Assembly: GCA_963663235.2 (NCBI GenBank)
Contig: CAXXNO010000004.1
Span: forward strand, 160,001-224,000
Length of the DNA: 64,000 nt
From: Dehalococcoidia bacterium
GTDB taxonomy: Bacteria; Chloroflexota; Dehalococcoidia; Bin125
Reading direction: 5' to 3'
Positions 18,116-28,383 of this stretch are shown in pieces. Within the stretch, counting starts at the first letter, position 1. The number at the start of each line of letters is the position of its first letter. The translations under genes and the position numbers were made by a program. The notes beneath the pieces are model-generated. The model was not told the DNA's origin. It saw nothing but the letters and a program-made list of their open reading frames with translations, and did not search any database.

Positions 18116-18928
18116 ATGGACACGGCCACGCTGGTGGGGTTGTTGCTGGGCTTCGTGGGGGTGTTCGGCGGGAACATGATGGAAGGCGGATCAATCTCGG
18201 CGCTGATCAACATTCCGGGCTTCATGATCGTGGTGCTCGGATCGATCGGCGCGGGGATCGCCAACTACCCCCTGGAGACGGCCAAGCGCCTGCCCAAGAT
18301 CCTGGGCAAGGTGTTCAAAAAGCAGGAAGTGAACACGGCGCGTGTGGTGCCGATATTCGTGCGCATGGCGGACAAGGCGCGGCGGGAAGGGCTGCTCTCG
18401 CTGGAAGAAGAGAGCCAGCAGATAGACGACGCGTACATGCGCAAAGGGCTGCAGCTGATGATCGACGGGACGGACGCGACCGAGCTGCGGGACATCATGG
18501 AGATCGAGACCGAGGCGATGGAGGAACGGCACGCGACCAACCGGGGACTGCTAGAGGCGATCGGCGGCTACGCGCCCACGCTGGGCGTGATGGGCGCAAT
18601 CATGGGGCTGATTGCGGTGCTCTCCAACCTGAACGACACGGAGAGCCTGGGGCACGGTATCGCGGTGGCGTTCGTGGCGTCGTTCTACGGGGTGTTCACC
18701 GCCAACCTCATCTGGCTGCCGTTCGCCGGGAAACTGAAGCTCAAGACTCAGGATGAAGCGCGCATGCGCAGCGCCATGCTGGAAGGGCTGCTGGCGATCC
18801 AGTCGGGCGACAATCCGCGGATCGTGAAGGAGAAGCTGGAAGGGTACCTGGAGCCGTCGGCGCGTGGCGTCAGCGACGAGCAGGGCGAGGCGCCGACGGC
18901 GGACGCGGCGGAACCGGAGGCCGCATGA
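18116..18928 (+). CDS. motA: Flagellar stator MotA
   Basis: ADKARREGLLSLEE, GGYAPTLGVMGAIMGLI, IAVAFVASFYG, GDNPRIV. Confidence 0.95.
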   Translation: MDTATLVGLLLGFVGVFGGNMMEGGSISALINIPGFMIVVLGSIGAGIANYPLETAKRLPKILGKVFKKQEVNTARVVPIFVRMADKARREGLLSLEEESQQIDDAYMRKGLQLMIDGTDATELRDIMEIETEAMEERHATNRGLLEAIGGYAPTLGVMGAIMGLIAVLSNLNDTESLGHGIAVAFVASFYGVFTANLIWLPFAGKLKLKTQDEARMRSAMLEGLLAIQSGDNPRIVKEKLEGYLEPSARGVSDEQGEAPTADAAEPEAA

Positions 18929-19716
18929 GCGCCCGCCGCAAGCACAAAGAGGAGCACAGCGAGGGCGGCGAGCGCTGGCTGATCACGTACGCCGACCTGG
19001 TGACGTTGCTCTTCGCGGTGTTCATTGTGCTGTACGCGGGCTCCAACTCAGACGAAGAACGGTTCGGCAGGACGGCGGAAGGGATCCGCCAGGCGTTCGA
19101 TGTCGGGTTGGGGGTCCTGAGCGGCGGCGGCTCCGATCCGGGCGTCTTCGAAGAGGGCGGCGACGCCGTGCCGCTCCCAACGGTGCAGGGGAACAGCGAT
19201 GCGGAGCCCGTGCTGCGCGAGGTGAACGCGCTGGCGCAAAGCCACGGCCTCAGTGGACAAGTCAACGTTCGACTGGAAGAGGGGCGGCTGATTATCGCGT
19301 TGGCGAACGACCTGCTCTTCGACGCCGCGAGCGCCAGCATCGATGAGCAGGCGATCACGTTCTTGAGCGACCTGGGCGGCGTGCTGGTCGATCTGCCGCA
19401 GCCGATCCAGGTCGAGGGGCATACGGACAGTGTGCCGATCAACACAGAAGCGTTCCCGAGCAACTGGGAGCTGTCCACGGCCCGGGCCACCGTGGTGCTG
19501 CGCTTCTTGGTGGAGCAGGCGGGAGTGAGCGCGTCGCGGATCCACGCGGCGGGCTTCGCCGACCAACGGCCGATCGCGGACAACGTGAGCGCGGAGGGTC
19601 GCGCGGCGAACCGTCGCGCGAACGTGGTGATCCTGTTCCCGCCCGACGAGCTTGCGGAGAGCCTGCCGGCGCCGATCGGGGAGACCGGGGCGGAAGTCGA
19701 GGCGGCGTTGCGATGA
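18925..19716 (+). CDS. motB: Flagellar stator MotB (H+-type signature)
   Basis: ERWLITYADLVTLLFAVFIVLYA; OmpA-like GHTD...NWELSTARA...NRR. Confidence 0.95.
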   Translation: MSARRKHKEEHSEGGERWLITYADLVTLLFAVFIVLYAGSNSDEERFGRTAEGIRQAFDVGLGVLSGGGSDPGVFEEGGDAVPLPTVQGNSDAEPVLREVNALAQSHGLSGQVNVRLEEGRLIIALANDLLFDAASASIDEQAITFLSDLGGVLVDLPQPIQVEGHTDSVPINTEAFPSNWELSTARATVVLRFLVEQAGVSASRIHAAGFADQRPIADNVSAEGRAANRRANVVILFPPDELAESLPAPIGETGAEVEAALR

Positions 19717-20204
19717 AGGTGCTGAAGAACCCCAAAGCGAAGAAGGGGATAATCCTGCTCGTGGTCCTGGCGGCGGCGTATTTCGTTGTGTGGCCGCGCC
19801 TGCAAGGCGACACGAGCGAGATTGAGCTGCCGGCGCACCCGAACCCGGGCCCGACGTACACCGTGGGCCCGCGCGTGTACAACCTGACGGTGCCCGCGGG
19901 GGAGCCGCCGCGGTTCGTGAAGCTTGCGGCCGTCTTTGAGTTCGCGGAAGAGGAACCGGCCTTCTTTCTGCTGGAGGGGGAAGCGCTGCACGCGGCGCTG
20001 GAAAGCTTCGCGGAGGAGTTGGGCCCGAAGCGGCCGGTGATCGAGGACGCGGTGGGATCGACGGTGAGCGCCGAGACGTACGAGGACCTGGCGACCGTTG
20101 CGGGTCGCGAGCGGCTCAAGGAGGAGCTGAGCAAGGCGGTGGCCGTCGCCGTGGGCGAGCCCGAACTGCTCACCGTCTACTTGACCGAGTTCGTGATTCA
20201 GTAG
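19713..20204 (+). CDS. fliL: Flagellar basal body protein FliL
   Basis: N-terminal TM; YEDLATVAGRERLKEEL...VYLTEFVIQ. Confidence 0.85.
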   Translation: MKVLKNPKAKKGIILLVVLAAAYFVVWPRLQGDTSEIELPAHPNPGPTYTVGPRVYNLTVPAGEPPRFVKLAAVFEFAEEEPAFFLLEGEALHAALESFAEELGPKRPVIEDAVGSTVSAETYEDLATVAGRERLKEELSKAVAVAVGEPELLTVYLTEFVIQ

Positions 20205-20209
20205 CGGCC

Positions 20210-21325
20210 ATGCCTCCTAACAGCCGACTCACCCAGCGCGAGATCGACACCCTCCTGAGCGGCGGCCCAGGCGAGGGCGAGCGACAGCCGGCGAAGCAGC
20301 CAGGGGGTGTCTGGGGGGAGCGCGGCTTCGGCAAAACGGTGAGACGGTACGACTTCCGCCGTCCCGACAAGTTCTCCAAGGAGCATCTGCGATCGCTGCA
20401 ATCGCTGCACGAGACGTTCGCGCGGGCGGCGGGGACGGCGCTGACGAACCAGGTGCGCTGCAACGTGGAGATCAAGCTCTCATCGATCGAGCAGGGGTTG
20501 TACGAGGAGTACGTGGGGCAGGTGGCAGGGGCGTCGTTTGTGCACACGCTGGAGATGTCGCCGCTGGATGGATCGATCGTCATCCAGTACGGGCAGGACG
20601 TGGGGCTGTTGATCTTCGACCGGCTGCTGGGCGGGGCGGGCGCCCAGTTGGAGAACGGCCACGAAGTGACCGACGTTGAACTGCACTTGTTGCGGGGCTT
20701 CGCCGAGATGCTGGCCGCCGCCATGGGCGAGGCCTGGTCCAACCTCTGCCCGGTCACGCCGTCTGTCGCGGACACGCAGATGGACATCAACCTGGCGCAG
20801 ATTGCGCCGCCTTCGGAGGTGGTGATCACGGTGCTGATGGAGATCACGCTGCTGGACACCGTGGGCGTCCTGAGCGTGTGTACGCCGTACAGCGTGCTGG
20901 AAGGGGTGCTGTCCCGGCTGAGCGCGCAGTCATGGGTGGGGACGGGGGGCCGCAAGCAACCGGGCGAGATTGTGGGACAGCTGCTGCGGCGGCAAATTGA
21001 GCGCACGCGCGTGCCGATCAGCGCCGACTACGGCAGCGCCTCCGTTCGGGCCCGCGACCTGGCGCGCCTGGAGGTGGGGGACGTGATCCGGTTGGATGCC
21101 CCCATCACCCACACAGTGCCGGTGCGCGTGGGCGGGGTGCGCAAGTGGCTGGCGCGTCCGGGGCGGTCGTCGGGGCGCATGGCGGTGCGCATTGAACGGT
21201 GGGCCCCGGAAGAGGTGGCGGGCGTGGGCCAGAGCGCGGCGGGCGCGGGTGAGGGGACGACGCCGTTGCCGTCGCCGACGACGGCGGAACCGGCGGCAGA
21301 AAGCGAGCGCAACCGTGCCGCCTGA
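20210..21325 (+). CDS. fliM: Flagellar motor switch FliM
   Basis: LTQREIDTLL, YDFRRPDKFSKEHLR, LEVGDVIRLD. Confidence 0.95.
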   Translation: MPPNSRLTQREIDTLLSGGPGEGERQPAKQPGGVWGERGFGKTVRRYDFRRPDKFSKEHLRSLQSLHETFARAAGTALTNQVRCNVEIKLSSIEQGLYEEYVGQVAGASFVHTLEMSPLDGSIVIQYGQDVGLLIFDRLLGGAGAQLENGHEVTDVELHLLRGFAEMLAAAMGEAWSNLCPVTPSVADTQMDINLAQIAPPSEVVITVLMEITLLDTVGVLSVCTPYSVLEGVLSRLSAQSWVGTGGRKQPGEIVGQLLRRQIERTRVPISADYGSASVRARDLARLEVGDVIRLDAPITHTVPVRVGGVRKWLARPGRSSGRMAVRIERWAPEEVAGVGQSAAGAGEGTTPLPSPTTAEPAAESERNRAA

Positions 21326-22349
21326 GAGCGAGCCCGTGAACGGCGACTGGGGGGAGCAGGCGGCGCTGTGCGCGTTTGGGGTGAAAGCGCGCGAGGCCGG
21401 GCCGGTGGCGGTGGAGAACGTGCTCGGCAAGGCGGTGCGGCTGGAGCAGACCAGCCTGCGGCCGACGGCCGACGCCGACCTGGAAGAAGAATTCGGCGAA
21501 CTGCGGCACGTGGCGATCGAGGCACGGGTGGCGCTGTCCGAGGTGGAGGCGCACCTCAGCACGCTGCTCATCCCCTTGCCGGGGATTGGGGCGTTGCTGG
21601 ATGACGCGGTGGACCCGGAGGCCCTGGACGAGAGCGCGGGGATGGAATCCGTGGAGCAGCGCAGCAAAGAGCTGCTGCATCTGCTGAGTCTCATGCTGTT
21701 CGGCGATTCGCCGATCCCCGGCGAGATCACCCTGTCCGCCGTGCGGGTGGACGGAATTGACGAGAGCGCGGGGATGGTGGCGGACAGCGCGGGCGGGGCG
21801 GCGCTGCACCGCATCGATCACGCCCTCACGGTGGGGGAGAACGATCCGGTGCGGATCACGTTGGTCGCGCCGGAGACGCTGCTCAGCGGCCTGGTTGCGG
21901 CGCTGGCCGGCGACGGCGCGTCCGACGAGCAGGGGGCGGACGCGGCCGGCGCGGTCGACGAACAGGGAACGGACGAGGCCGACGAGGCGCCGATGTTCGA
22001 CGACGAGGAGTTGATCGCTATCGACCCGGTGGACCTGCCGGACCTCGACACGATCAGCAGCATGTCCGTGGAGGGCGAGCCGCGTCCGCTGGACCTGCTG
22101 CTGGATGTCTCGATGCAGGTCAGCGCCGAGTTGGGCCGCTGCCAGATGACCGTGGAGGAGATCCTCAGCATCAGCCCCGGCTCCGTGGTGGAGTTAGACA
22201 AGCTGGCCGGCGAGCCGGTGGACGTGCTGATCAACGACCTCCTCATTGCCCGCGGAGAGGTGGTGATGGTGGACGAGAACTTTGAGGTCCGGATCACGGA
22301 GATCCTGAGCCCGCGGACGATCCCCACGGCGCAAGCGGAACCGGTATGA
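21315..22349 (+). CDS. fliN: FliY/FliN switch protein (degenerate CheC-like N-terminus, FliN C-terminus)
   Basis: LDLLLDVSMQVSAELG...GSVVELDKLAGEPVDVLINDLLIARGEVVMVDENFEVRITEI. Confidence 0.88.
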   Translation: MPPESEPVNGDWGEQAALCAFGVKAREAGPVAVENVLGKAVRLEQTSLRPTADADLEEEFGELRHVAIEARVALSEVEAHLSTLLIPLPGIGALLDDAVDPEALDESAGMESVEQRSKELLHLLSLMLFGDSPIPGEITLSAVRVDGIDESAGMVADSAGGAALHRIDHALTVGENDPVRITLVAPETLLSGLVAALAGDGASDEQGADAAGAVDEQGTDEADEAPMFDDEELIAIDPVDLPDLDTISSMSVEGEPRPLDLLLDVSMQVSAELGRCQMTVEEILSISPGSVVELDKLAGEPVDVLINDLLIARGEVVMVDENFEVRITEILSPRTIPTAQAEPV

Positions 22350-23188
22350 AGACGGCGAAACCGATGTGGTTGATCGCCGGGGTCGCCGGGGTGGGGATCG
22401 GCGTGCTGGTGGTGGGGCCGGCGGCGCGCCTGGGCGAGGGGGGGGATGCGCTCTTCGCCGAGCCGCCCGATGCGGGCGAACTGGAGGAACTGGGCACGAT
22501 TGGAGGCGCGAGCGCGGCGGCGGCGCCGGCCGACACGGCGGCCGACACGGCGGCCGACACGGCGGCCGACACGGCGGCCAGTGGGAGTGACGCGGCCGAG
22601 GCGGGGGAGATTGTCGGACGCAACGTGTCCTCGTTCGACGCAGGGGACATTTTCGGGCTGCTGTGGCGGCTGGCGCTGGTGGGCGGGATCATCTACGCCT
22701 CCATTTTCCTGCTGCGCAAGTTCGTGAATCGCAGCAGCCGGTTCCGCAGCGACTCGGGCGCGCTGCAGGTGCTGGAGACGATCGGCCTGGGGAGCAACCG
22801 GCTGGTGTCGCTGGTGGAGGCCGGCGATCGCATCCTGGTGGTGGGGAGCGCGCCCAACCAGGTGACCCTGCTGGCGGAGTTGAGCGATCCGGAGGTGGTG
22901 GCGGGGCTGCGCGGCAGCGCGGACCAGAGCAGTCCGGGCGTCGCCACGCTGGGCGAGATGATGCGCAAGTTCGGGCAGAGCGCCGTGCAGCGCGTCGTCA
23001 CGCGCGACGTCACCAGCGACGTCACCGGCGACGCCGCGAGCCAGCCGGCGGAACGGCTGGACGTGCGGGCGCTGACGCCGGTCCTTGAGCGGCTGATGGA
23101 AACGCAGGCGGCGATTGCGAAGCAGTCGGAGCGGCTGCAGGCCCAGGGCGACACGGTCGCCACCCCGGCGCGATCGGAAGCGGAGTGA
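22346..23188 (+). CDS. fliO: Flagellar biosynthesis protein FliO/FliZ
   Basis: TM then [28 protein letters not shown]...QVTLLAEL; (ADTA)4 12-bp repeat at ~22529-22578. Confidence 0.82.
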   Translation: MKTAKPMWLIAGVAGVGIGVLVVGPAARLGEGGDALFAEPPDAGELEELGTIGGASAAAAPADTAADTAADTAADTAASGSDAAEAGEIVGRNVSSFDAGDIFGLLWRLALVGGIIYASIFLLRKFVNRSSRFRSDSGALQVLETIGLGSNRLVSLVEAGDRILVVGSAPNQVTLLAELSDPEVVAGLRGSADQSSPGVATLGEMMRKFGQSAVQRVVTRDVTSDVTGDAASQPAERLDVRALTPVLERLMETQAAIAKQSERLQAQGDTVATPARSEAE

Positions 23189-23192
23189 GCGC

Positions 23193-24035
23193 ATGGACCG
23201 TGGGGCGACGGTCGCTTCTTGCGGGCATTCGTTTGCTTCCCGCGGCATACGGCGGCGCAAGGGAACGGTGCTGGTGTTGCTGCTGGGCGGGGCGCTGCTG
23301 TTGAGCGGGTGTACGGAGGACGGCTTCAGCATCGACATCAGCCTGGGCGAGGGCGAGGGCGAGGGTGGGGTCACCGCCGTCGATGGAACGTCGGAGGAGA
23401 CAGCGGGAGTCGGCGTGGGCACGATCCAGTTGCTGAGGCTGCTCACTGTGCTGGCCCTGGCGCCGGCGTTCCTGATCATGATCACGTCCTTCACGCGGAT
23501 GATCGTGGTGCTCTCGTTGGTGCGGAACGCAATCGGCGTGCCGCAACTGCCGCCCAACCAAGTGCTACTGGGCCTGGCGCTCTTCCTGACGCTGTTCGTG
23601 ATGGCGCCCACGTTCGAGGAGATCAACGCGACGGCGCTGCAGCCGTACTTCGCGGGCGAGATCACGCAGGGCGAAGCGTTTGAGGCCGGGCAGGAGCCGC
23701 TGCGGGAGTTCATGTTCAAGCAAACGCGAGAGAAGGATCTCGGGCTGTTCATCAAGCTCAGCGGTGAGGAGCAGCCCGCGACGCCGGCGGACGTGCCGAC
23801 GCACGTGTTGATCCCGGCGTTCATCATCTCGGAGCTGAAGACGGCGTTTCAGATGGGGTTCATCGCCTTTGTGCCGTTTCTGATCATCGACATCGTGGTA
23901 AGCAGCGGGCTGCTGTCGATGGGGATGATGATGCTGCCGCCGGTGATTGTGTCGTTGCCGTTCAAGATCCTGTTGTTCGTGCTGGTCGATGGGTGGTCGC
24001 TGATCGTGGGATCGCTCGTGAGCAGCTTCAACTAG
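23193..24035 (+). CDS. fliP: Export gate FliP
   Basis: [51 protein letters not shown]. Confidence 0.97.
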   Translation: MDRGATVASCGHSFASRGIRRRKGTVLVLLLGGALLLSGCTEDGFSIDISLGEGEGEGGVTAVDGTSEETAGVGVGTIQLLRLLTVLALAPAFLIMITSFTRMIVVLSLVRNAIGVPQLPPNQVLLGLALFLTLFVMAPTFEEINATALQPYFAGEITQGEAFEAGQEPLREFMFKQTREKDLGLFIKLSGEEQPATPADVPTHVLIPAFIISELKTAFQMGFIAFVPFLIIDIVVSSGLLSMGMMMLPPVIVSLPFKILLFVLVDGWSLIVGSLVSSFN

Positions 24036-24059
24036 GCGGGGCATCGAGGAGAGGCGCAC

Positions 24060-24326
24060 ATGTCCGAGGATTTCGTGGTGGCGCTGGGGCGGGATGCCCT
24101 GACGACGGCGTTGTTGGTGGGAGCGCCGGTCTTGGGCTTCAGCCTGGTGACGGGGCTGGTGGTGTCTATCTTCCAGGCCGTGACCCAGATCAACGAGGTC
24201 ACGCTGACGTTTGTCCCCAAGATCCTGGCGGTGTTCGCGGCGCTGGCGCTGTTCGGGCCGTGGAGCATGCAAGTGCTGCTGCAGTTTTCCGAGCGGCTGT
24301 TGGGCAACCTGGGCGCGGGCCTGTGA
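24060..24326 (+). CDS. fliQ: Export gate FliQ
   Basis: GLVVSIFQAVTQINEVTLTFVPKI. Confidence 0.97.
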   Translation: MSEDFVVALGRDALTTALLVGAPVLGFSLVTGLVVSIFQAVTQINEVTLTFVPKILAVFAALALFGPWSMQVLLQFSERLLGNLGAGL

Positions 24327-24370
24327 GCGGCCCGCCTGGGGCCGCGATGGCGGGAGCGAAGTGAGCACGG

Positions 24371-25144
24371 GTGTTCGGCCTCACAGAAGCGCTGCTTGCG
24401 TCGTATGTGCTGATCGTGGTGCGGCTGAGCGCGGCGCTGGTGGTCATGCCGATGTTCGGGGGCCATCAGGTGCCGCCGCACACCAAGATCGGGCTGGCGC
24501 TGTTCCTGGGGTTGATCATCGCTCCGCTGCAGGGGCCGCTGGAGCTGCCGCCGGGGCTGGGGCCGCTGTTGGTGGCGGCGGGGGGCGAAGCGATCGTGGG
24601 GATGGCGATCGGCTTCGCGGTGCTGCTGGTGTTCCAGGGCTTGGAGATGGCCGGCGGGATGATCGGGGTGCAGATGGGGATGGGGCTGGGCGAGGTGCTC
24701 GACCCGATCAGCGGCGCGGCGTCGAACGTGTTGCGGCGCTTCTATGGCGTCCTGGCCACGCTGATCTTCTTCATGGCCGACGCCCATCACCAAGTGATCG
24801 GGGGGCTGGTGGGGAGCTTTGCGCTGATCCCGCCGACGACCTTGAGCGCCGAATCGTTGAGCCTCCCGGTGCTGTTGCAGATCAGCGCGGCAATGTTCGT
24901 GGTGGCGGTGCGGATCGCGCTGCCGGTCCTAGCGGCGCTGTTCATCGCCGATCTGGGCCTGGCGATGGTGGCGCGCACGATGCCGCAACTGAACGTCCTG
25001 GTGGTGGGGCTGCCGCTGAAGATCGGGCTGGGGCTGCTGATCCTGATCGCGGCGCTGCCCGCCACGGCGCAGCTGATGCACCTCACTTTCGGCGGCGTGC
25101 TGGACGCGCTCACCTTGCTCCTGACCCCAGCCGCGGAGCAGTGA
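24371..25144 (+). CDS. fliR: Export gate FliR
   Basis: AGGMIGVQMGMG, ARTMPQLNVLVVGLPLKIGLG. Confidence 0.95.
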   Translation: MFGLTEALLASYVLIVVRLSAALVVMPMFGGHQVPPHTKIGLALFLGLIIAPLQGPLELPPGLGPLLVAAGGEAIVGMAIGFAVLLVFQGLEMAGGMIGVQMGMGLGEVLDPISGAASNVLRRFYGVLATLIFFMADAHHQVIGGLVGSFALIPPTTLSAESLSLPVLLQISAAMFVVAVRIALPVLAALFIADLGLAMVARTMPQLNVLVVGLPLKIGLGLLILIAALPATAQLMHLTFGGVLDALTLLLTPAAEQ

Positions 25145-25152
25145 CGTAGCCC

Positions 25153-26451
25153 ATGCCCGGCGAGAAGACTGAAGCCCCCACGCCCAAACGGCGCGAAGAG
25201 GCCCGCCGACGGGGCCAGGTGGCGCGCAGCCAGGAACTGAGCGCCGTGGTGGTGCTGCTGGGCGGCTTGATGCTGCTGCGGTTCGCCGGCGCCGGGATGG
25301 TGAATGGGCTGACGGGCCTGATGACGGGCGCGTTCCTGAACCTGGGCACGGAGGAGTTCACGGCCGCCGGGATTATGGGGGGCGGCAGCGACGTGATGCT
25401 GCGCGTGATCCAGATCCTGCTGCCCTTTCTGCTGGGAGTGGCGGTGCTGAGCATCGCCGGCAACGTGCTGCAGACCGGGCCGGTGTTGAGCGGGAAACCG
25501 CTGCGTCCGCAGTGGAGCCGCATCAACCCGGGCAAGGGGGCGAAGCGGATTGTGGGCAAGGACGGGATGGCGACGTTTGCCCGCAACCTGCTGAAGATGT
25601 CGTTGGTCGGCGGGGTGATCGTCTGGGTGGTGCGGGCCCGCTTCCCGGAGTTCAGCGCGCTGGGCAATGTCAGCGCCGAGGCGGGGAGCACGCGGTTCGC
25701 GGCGATCGCGTTCGAAGTGTTGTTCGCCGGGGCGGCGATGATGCTGGTCATCGCGCTGCTGGATCTGCTGTGGCAGCGGCGTCGCTTCCAGCAGCAGCTT
25801 CGCATGAGCAAGCAAGACGTCCGCGACGAACTGAAACGCAGCGAGGGCGACCCGGGCATCCGGGGCCGGATGCGGCAGCTGCGCCGGGACCTCTTCAACC
25901 GCATGATCTCGCAAGTGCCCAGCGCGACGGTGGTGGTGACCAACCCGACGGAGATCGCCGTGGCGCTGCGCTACGACCCGCTCTCGGACAAGGCGCCGGT
26001 GGTGGTGGCCAAGGGGCAGACGGCGGAGGCCCTGCGCGAAACGCTGGGGCGCGAACCGGAAGATCACGAGGTGGCCGAGGCGGCCGGCGTCACGGTGGAT
26101 CGCTACTACACGATGCTGACGGACGCCTCCTGGGTGACCGTGAGCCTAGACAACCTACTGGCTTCGAGCGCCGACGGTGAGGGTTATCCCGCCGCCGAGA
26201 TGCCGAAAGACCCTGATGCCACTGACGCCGTCCGAACGATAGAACGGAAGGAGTTAGTTAAGGCGCTGGCACTTGCTATTGAGCAGTTGCCGGACCGAGA
26301 GCGCTTGGTGGTTGCGCTGTACTACCAGGATGAGCTGACCCAGCGCGAGATCGCCAAAGTGCTGGAGATTTCGGAGTCGCGGGTCTGTCAGTTGCACGCT
26401 CGATCGCTGGAGCGGCTACGCACCACGCTGCGCGTGCATTTGGCGGCTTAG
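25153..26451 (+). CDS. flhB: In-frame FlhB::FliA(sigma28 regions 3-4) chimera
   Basis: EKTEAPTPKRR...MSKQDVRDELKRSEGDP...NPTE...APVVVAKGQ, then from ~26020 LGREPEDHEVAEAAG...SLD...LPDRERLVVALYYQDELTQREIAKVLEISESRVCQLH. Confidence 0.9.
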   Translation: MPGEKTEAPTPKRREEARRRGQVARSQELSAVVVLLGGLMLLRFAGAGMVNGLTGLMTGAFLNLGTEEFTAAGIMGGGSDVMLRVIQILLPFLLGVAVLSIAGNVLQTGPVLSGKPLRPQWSRINPGKGAKRIVGKDGMATFARNLLKMSLVGGVIVWVVRARFPEFSALGNVSAEAGSTRFAAIAFEVLFAGAAMMLVIALLDLLWQRRRFQQQLRMSKQDVRDELKRSEGDPGIRGRMRQLRRDLFNRMISQVPSATVVVTNPTEIAVALRYDPLSDKAPVVVAKGQTAEALRETLGREPEDHEVAEAAGVTVDRYYTMLTDASWVTVSLDNLLASSADGEGYPAAEMPKDPDATDAVRTIERKELVKALALAIEQLPDRERLVVALYYQDELTQREIAKVLEISESRVCQLHARSLERLRTTLRVHLAA

Positions 26452-26473
26452 CAAAGGGGTCTAGGAAGCTTCC

Positions 26474-26923
26474 ATGATCTGGCTGCTGCTCGGCCTGGAG
26501 ATCCTTCTGGCGCTCGGCTTGCTGGCGTTGGCGTGGCGCGGGCGGCGGGCGACGGTGCACGGCATCTTGAGCGAAGAAGAGGCGCAGGCGGAAGCGTTTC
26601 TGGCGGCCACCGTGGAGCAGTTGCTGCGGGACCTGCAAGAGTCGGCGAACCGGACGACGCTGCGGCTCTCGACGCAGACGGAGGCGCTGGAAGCGCTGCT
26701 GCGCGAAGCCGACAGCCGCGTTGCCCCCGAACGTTCCTCGGCCCGGCGCACGCGGAAGAGAGCCCGCAAGGACGAGCCCCCGGCGGCGGCCACGCCCGCG
26801 GCGTGGACGCAGCAGGCGCGGACGCTGTCGGAGAGCGGGTTGGGCCCGCTGCAGATCGCGAAGGAGATGGGACGGGGCACGGAAGAGGTGCGTCTGGCGC
26901 TGGCGGGGGCATCGAAGGGTTAG
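26474..26923 (+). CDS. SwrB/YlxL-like membrane protein (TM, coiled coil, C-terminal HTH-like)
   Basis: Follows the sigma28 gene end; GLGPLQIAKEMGRGTEEVRLAL. Confidence 0.65.
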   Translation: MIWLLLGLEILLALGLLALAWRGRRATVHGILSEEEAQAEAFLAATVEQLLRDLQESANRTTLRLSTQTEALEALLREADSRVAPERSSARRTRKRARKDEPPAAATPAAWTQQARTLSESGLGPLQIAKEMGRGTEEVRLALAGASKG

Positions 26924-26925
26924 CG

Positions 26926-27636
26926 ATGCGGGGAAGAACCACCCAGGCGAAGGCTGCCGCGGCCGCGTTCTTGGCGGCGCTGTTGGCGGCGCTGTTCATT
27001 GTCGCGGCGGGCGGGACGGCGCCGAGCGGCGTGGCGCACGCGAACGGGGTGCCGCAGACGCTCCAGTTGCTGTATCTGGAGTCGATCTCGAACTGGGGGC
27101 CAACCGACGCGCAGGGGGATCTGGAGTTCTCGTTCTCAGAGGGCTACATGACGCTGGACGTCCGGGGCCTCCCCCGCCTTATTGGCCAGACCTATGAGGG
27201 CTGGTTCGTGCGCTCCGCGACCAACGAGGCGATCAGCACGGGGCCGTTCAACACCAGCGCCGACGGCAGCGCCCACTACGAGGCGACGCTGCCGAGCATT
27301 CGAGACTATTCGCTGGACCTGTTCGTGATCACCGTGGAAGTGCTGGAGGAGCGCGACGACTCGCCGGACCAGCGACGCTCGATCGCGGGGTACTTCTCGG
27401 TCATCGGGTCCGACGCTGAAGAAGCGAGCGGGGGCGAAACCAGCGGCGCCGCGGCAGGGGCCGGGGGCGTCGGGGATGCCGCGAGCGACGGGCCGGCCAA
27501 CCTTCCCGAAACCGGCGATTCGAGCGGGTTCGCCGGCAGCGCGCGGGGGTTGTTGATCATCGTGCTGGGAGGCTTGGTGATCCTGTGGGCCGTTGCGCGC
27601 ACGCGGGCGCGCGTGCGGAAGGAGCGGCGGCCATGA
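26926..27636 (+). CDS. Secreted LPETG-anchored protein with RskA-like domain
   Basis: Signal peptide ending VAHA; GLP...TYEGWFV...LFVITVE; NLPETG + hydrophobic helix + RTRARVRKERRP. Confidence 0.75.
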   Translation: MRGRTTQAKAAAAAFLAALLAALFIVAAGGTAPSGVAHANGVPQTLQLLYLESISNWGPTDAQGDLEFSFSEGYMTLDVRGLPRLIGQTYEGWFVRSATNEAISTGPFNTSADGSAHYEATLPSIRDYSLDLFVITVEVLEERDDSPDQRRSIAGYFSVIGSDAEEASGGETSGAAAGAGGVGDAASDGPANLPETGDSSGFAGSARGLLIIVLGGLVILWAVARTRARVRKERRP

Positions 27637-28379
27637 GCCGCGGGCTCTACACGGCGGCGTCCGGCCTGGTGGCGGGCATGGAGCGGCAGAGCACGCTGGC
27701 CAACGCCCTGGCGAACGTGAACACGCCGGGCTACAAGGCCGAACTGTTCACGACCCGATCGTTCCCGGGGGTGTTCCTGTCGGCGAGCGGCAGCGGGGCC
27801 TTGCGATCTCGGTTCGGGACGCTGAGCAGCGGCGTGGTAACGGATCGCCTGGGGCTGGACCTGGGGGCCGGCGCCATCACGCCCACGGGGGCGACGTTTG
27901 ACTTGGCGATCGATGGGGATGGGTTCTTTGTCCTGCAGGACTTCGACGGCAACCTGCGCCTCACGAGTGACGGCCACTTCCGGGCCGACGCGCGCGGCGT
28001 TCTGGTGAGCAGCGACGGCTGGCAGGTGCAGTCGCGCACGAACGGGCCGATCTCTGTGGCGGGAGGCGCCGTGGAGATCGGACGGGGTGGCGTGGTGCGG
28101 GTCGCCGGGGAGGCGGCGGGCGTGATCCGCCTGGCGGCCGCACCGGCGGGGGGGCTGCTGCACGCGGGCGACTCGACGTTCCTTGTGGGCGCCGGGGAGG
28201 AGCTGACGGAGGCGACGGGCGAGATCGTGCAGGGCAGCCTGGAGGGCTCCAACGTCAATAGCACCCAACTACTCACACAGATGGTGAGCGTGTCGCGGGC
28301 GTACGAAAGCGCGCAACGGATGTTCGCCATGCACAACCGGATCATGGGCCTGACGGCCACGGACGTAGGACGGGTGTAG
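27633..28379 (+). CDS. flgF: Flagellar rod protein FlgF/FlhO
   Basis: GLYTAASG...ANALANVNTPGYK, TGATFDLAIDGDGFF, LEGSNVN. Confidence 0.88.
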   Translation: MSRGLYTAASGLVAGMERQSTLANALANVNTPGYKAELFTTRSFPGVFLSASGSGALRSRFGTLSSGVVTDRLGLDLGAGAITPTGATFDLAIDGDGFFVLQDFDGNLRLTSDGHFRADARGVLVSSDGWQVQSRTNGPISVAGGAVEIGRGGVVRVAGEAAGVIRLAAAPAGGLLHAGDSTFLVGAGEELTEATGEIVQGSLEGSNVNSTQLLTQMVSVSRAYESAQRMFAMHNRIMGLTATDVGRV

Positions 28380-28383
28380 AGAG

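Noticed and set aside
22529-22578. 12-bp tandem repeat (ADTA x4) in fliO
   Set aside because: In-frame low-complexity linker with no evident functional consequence
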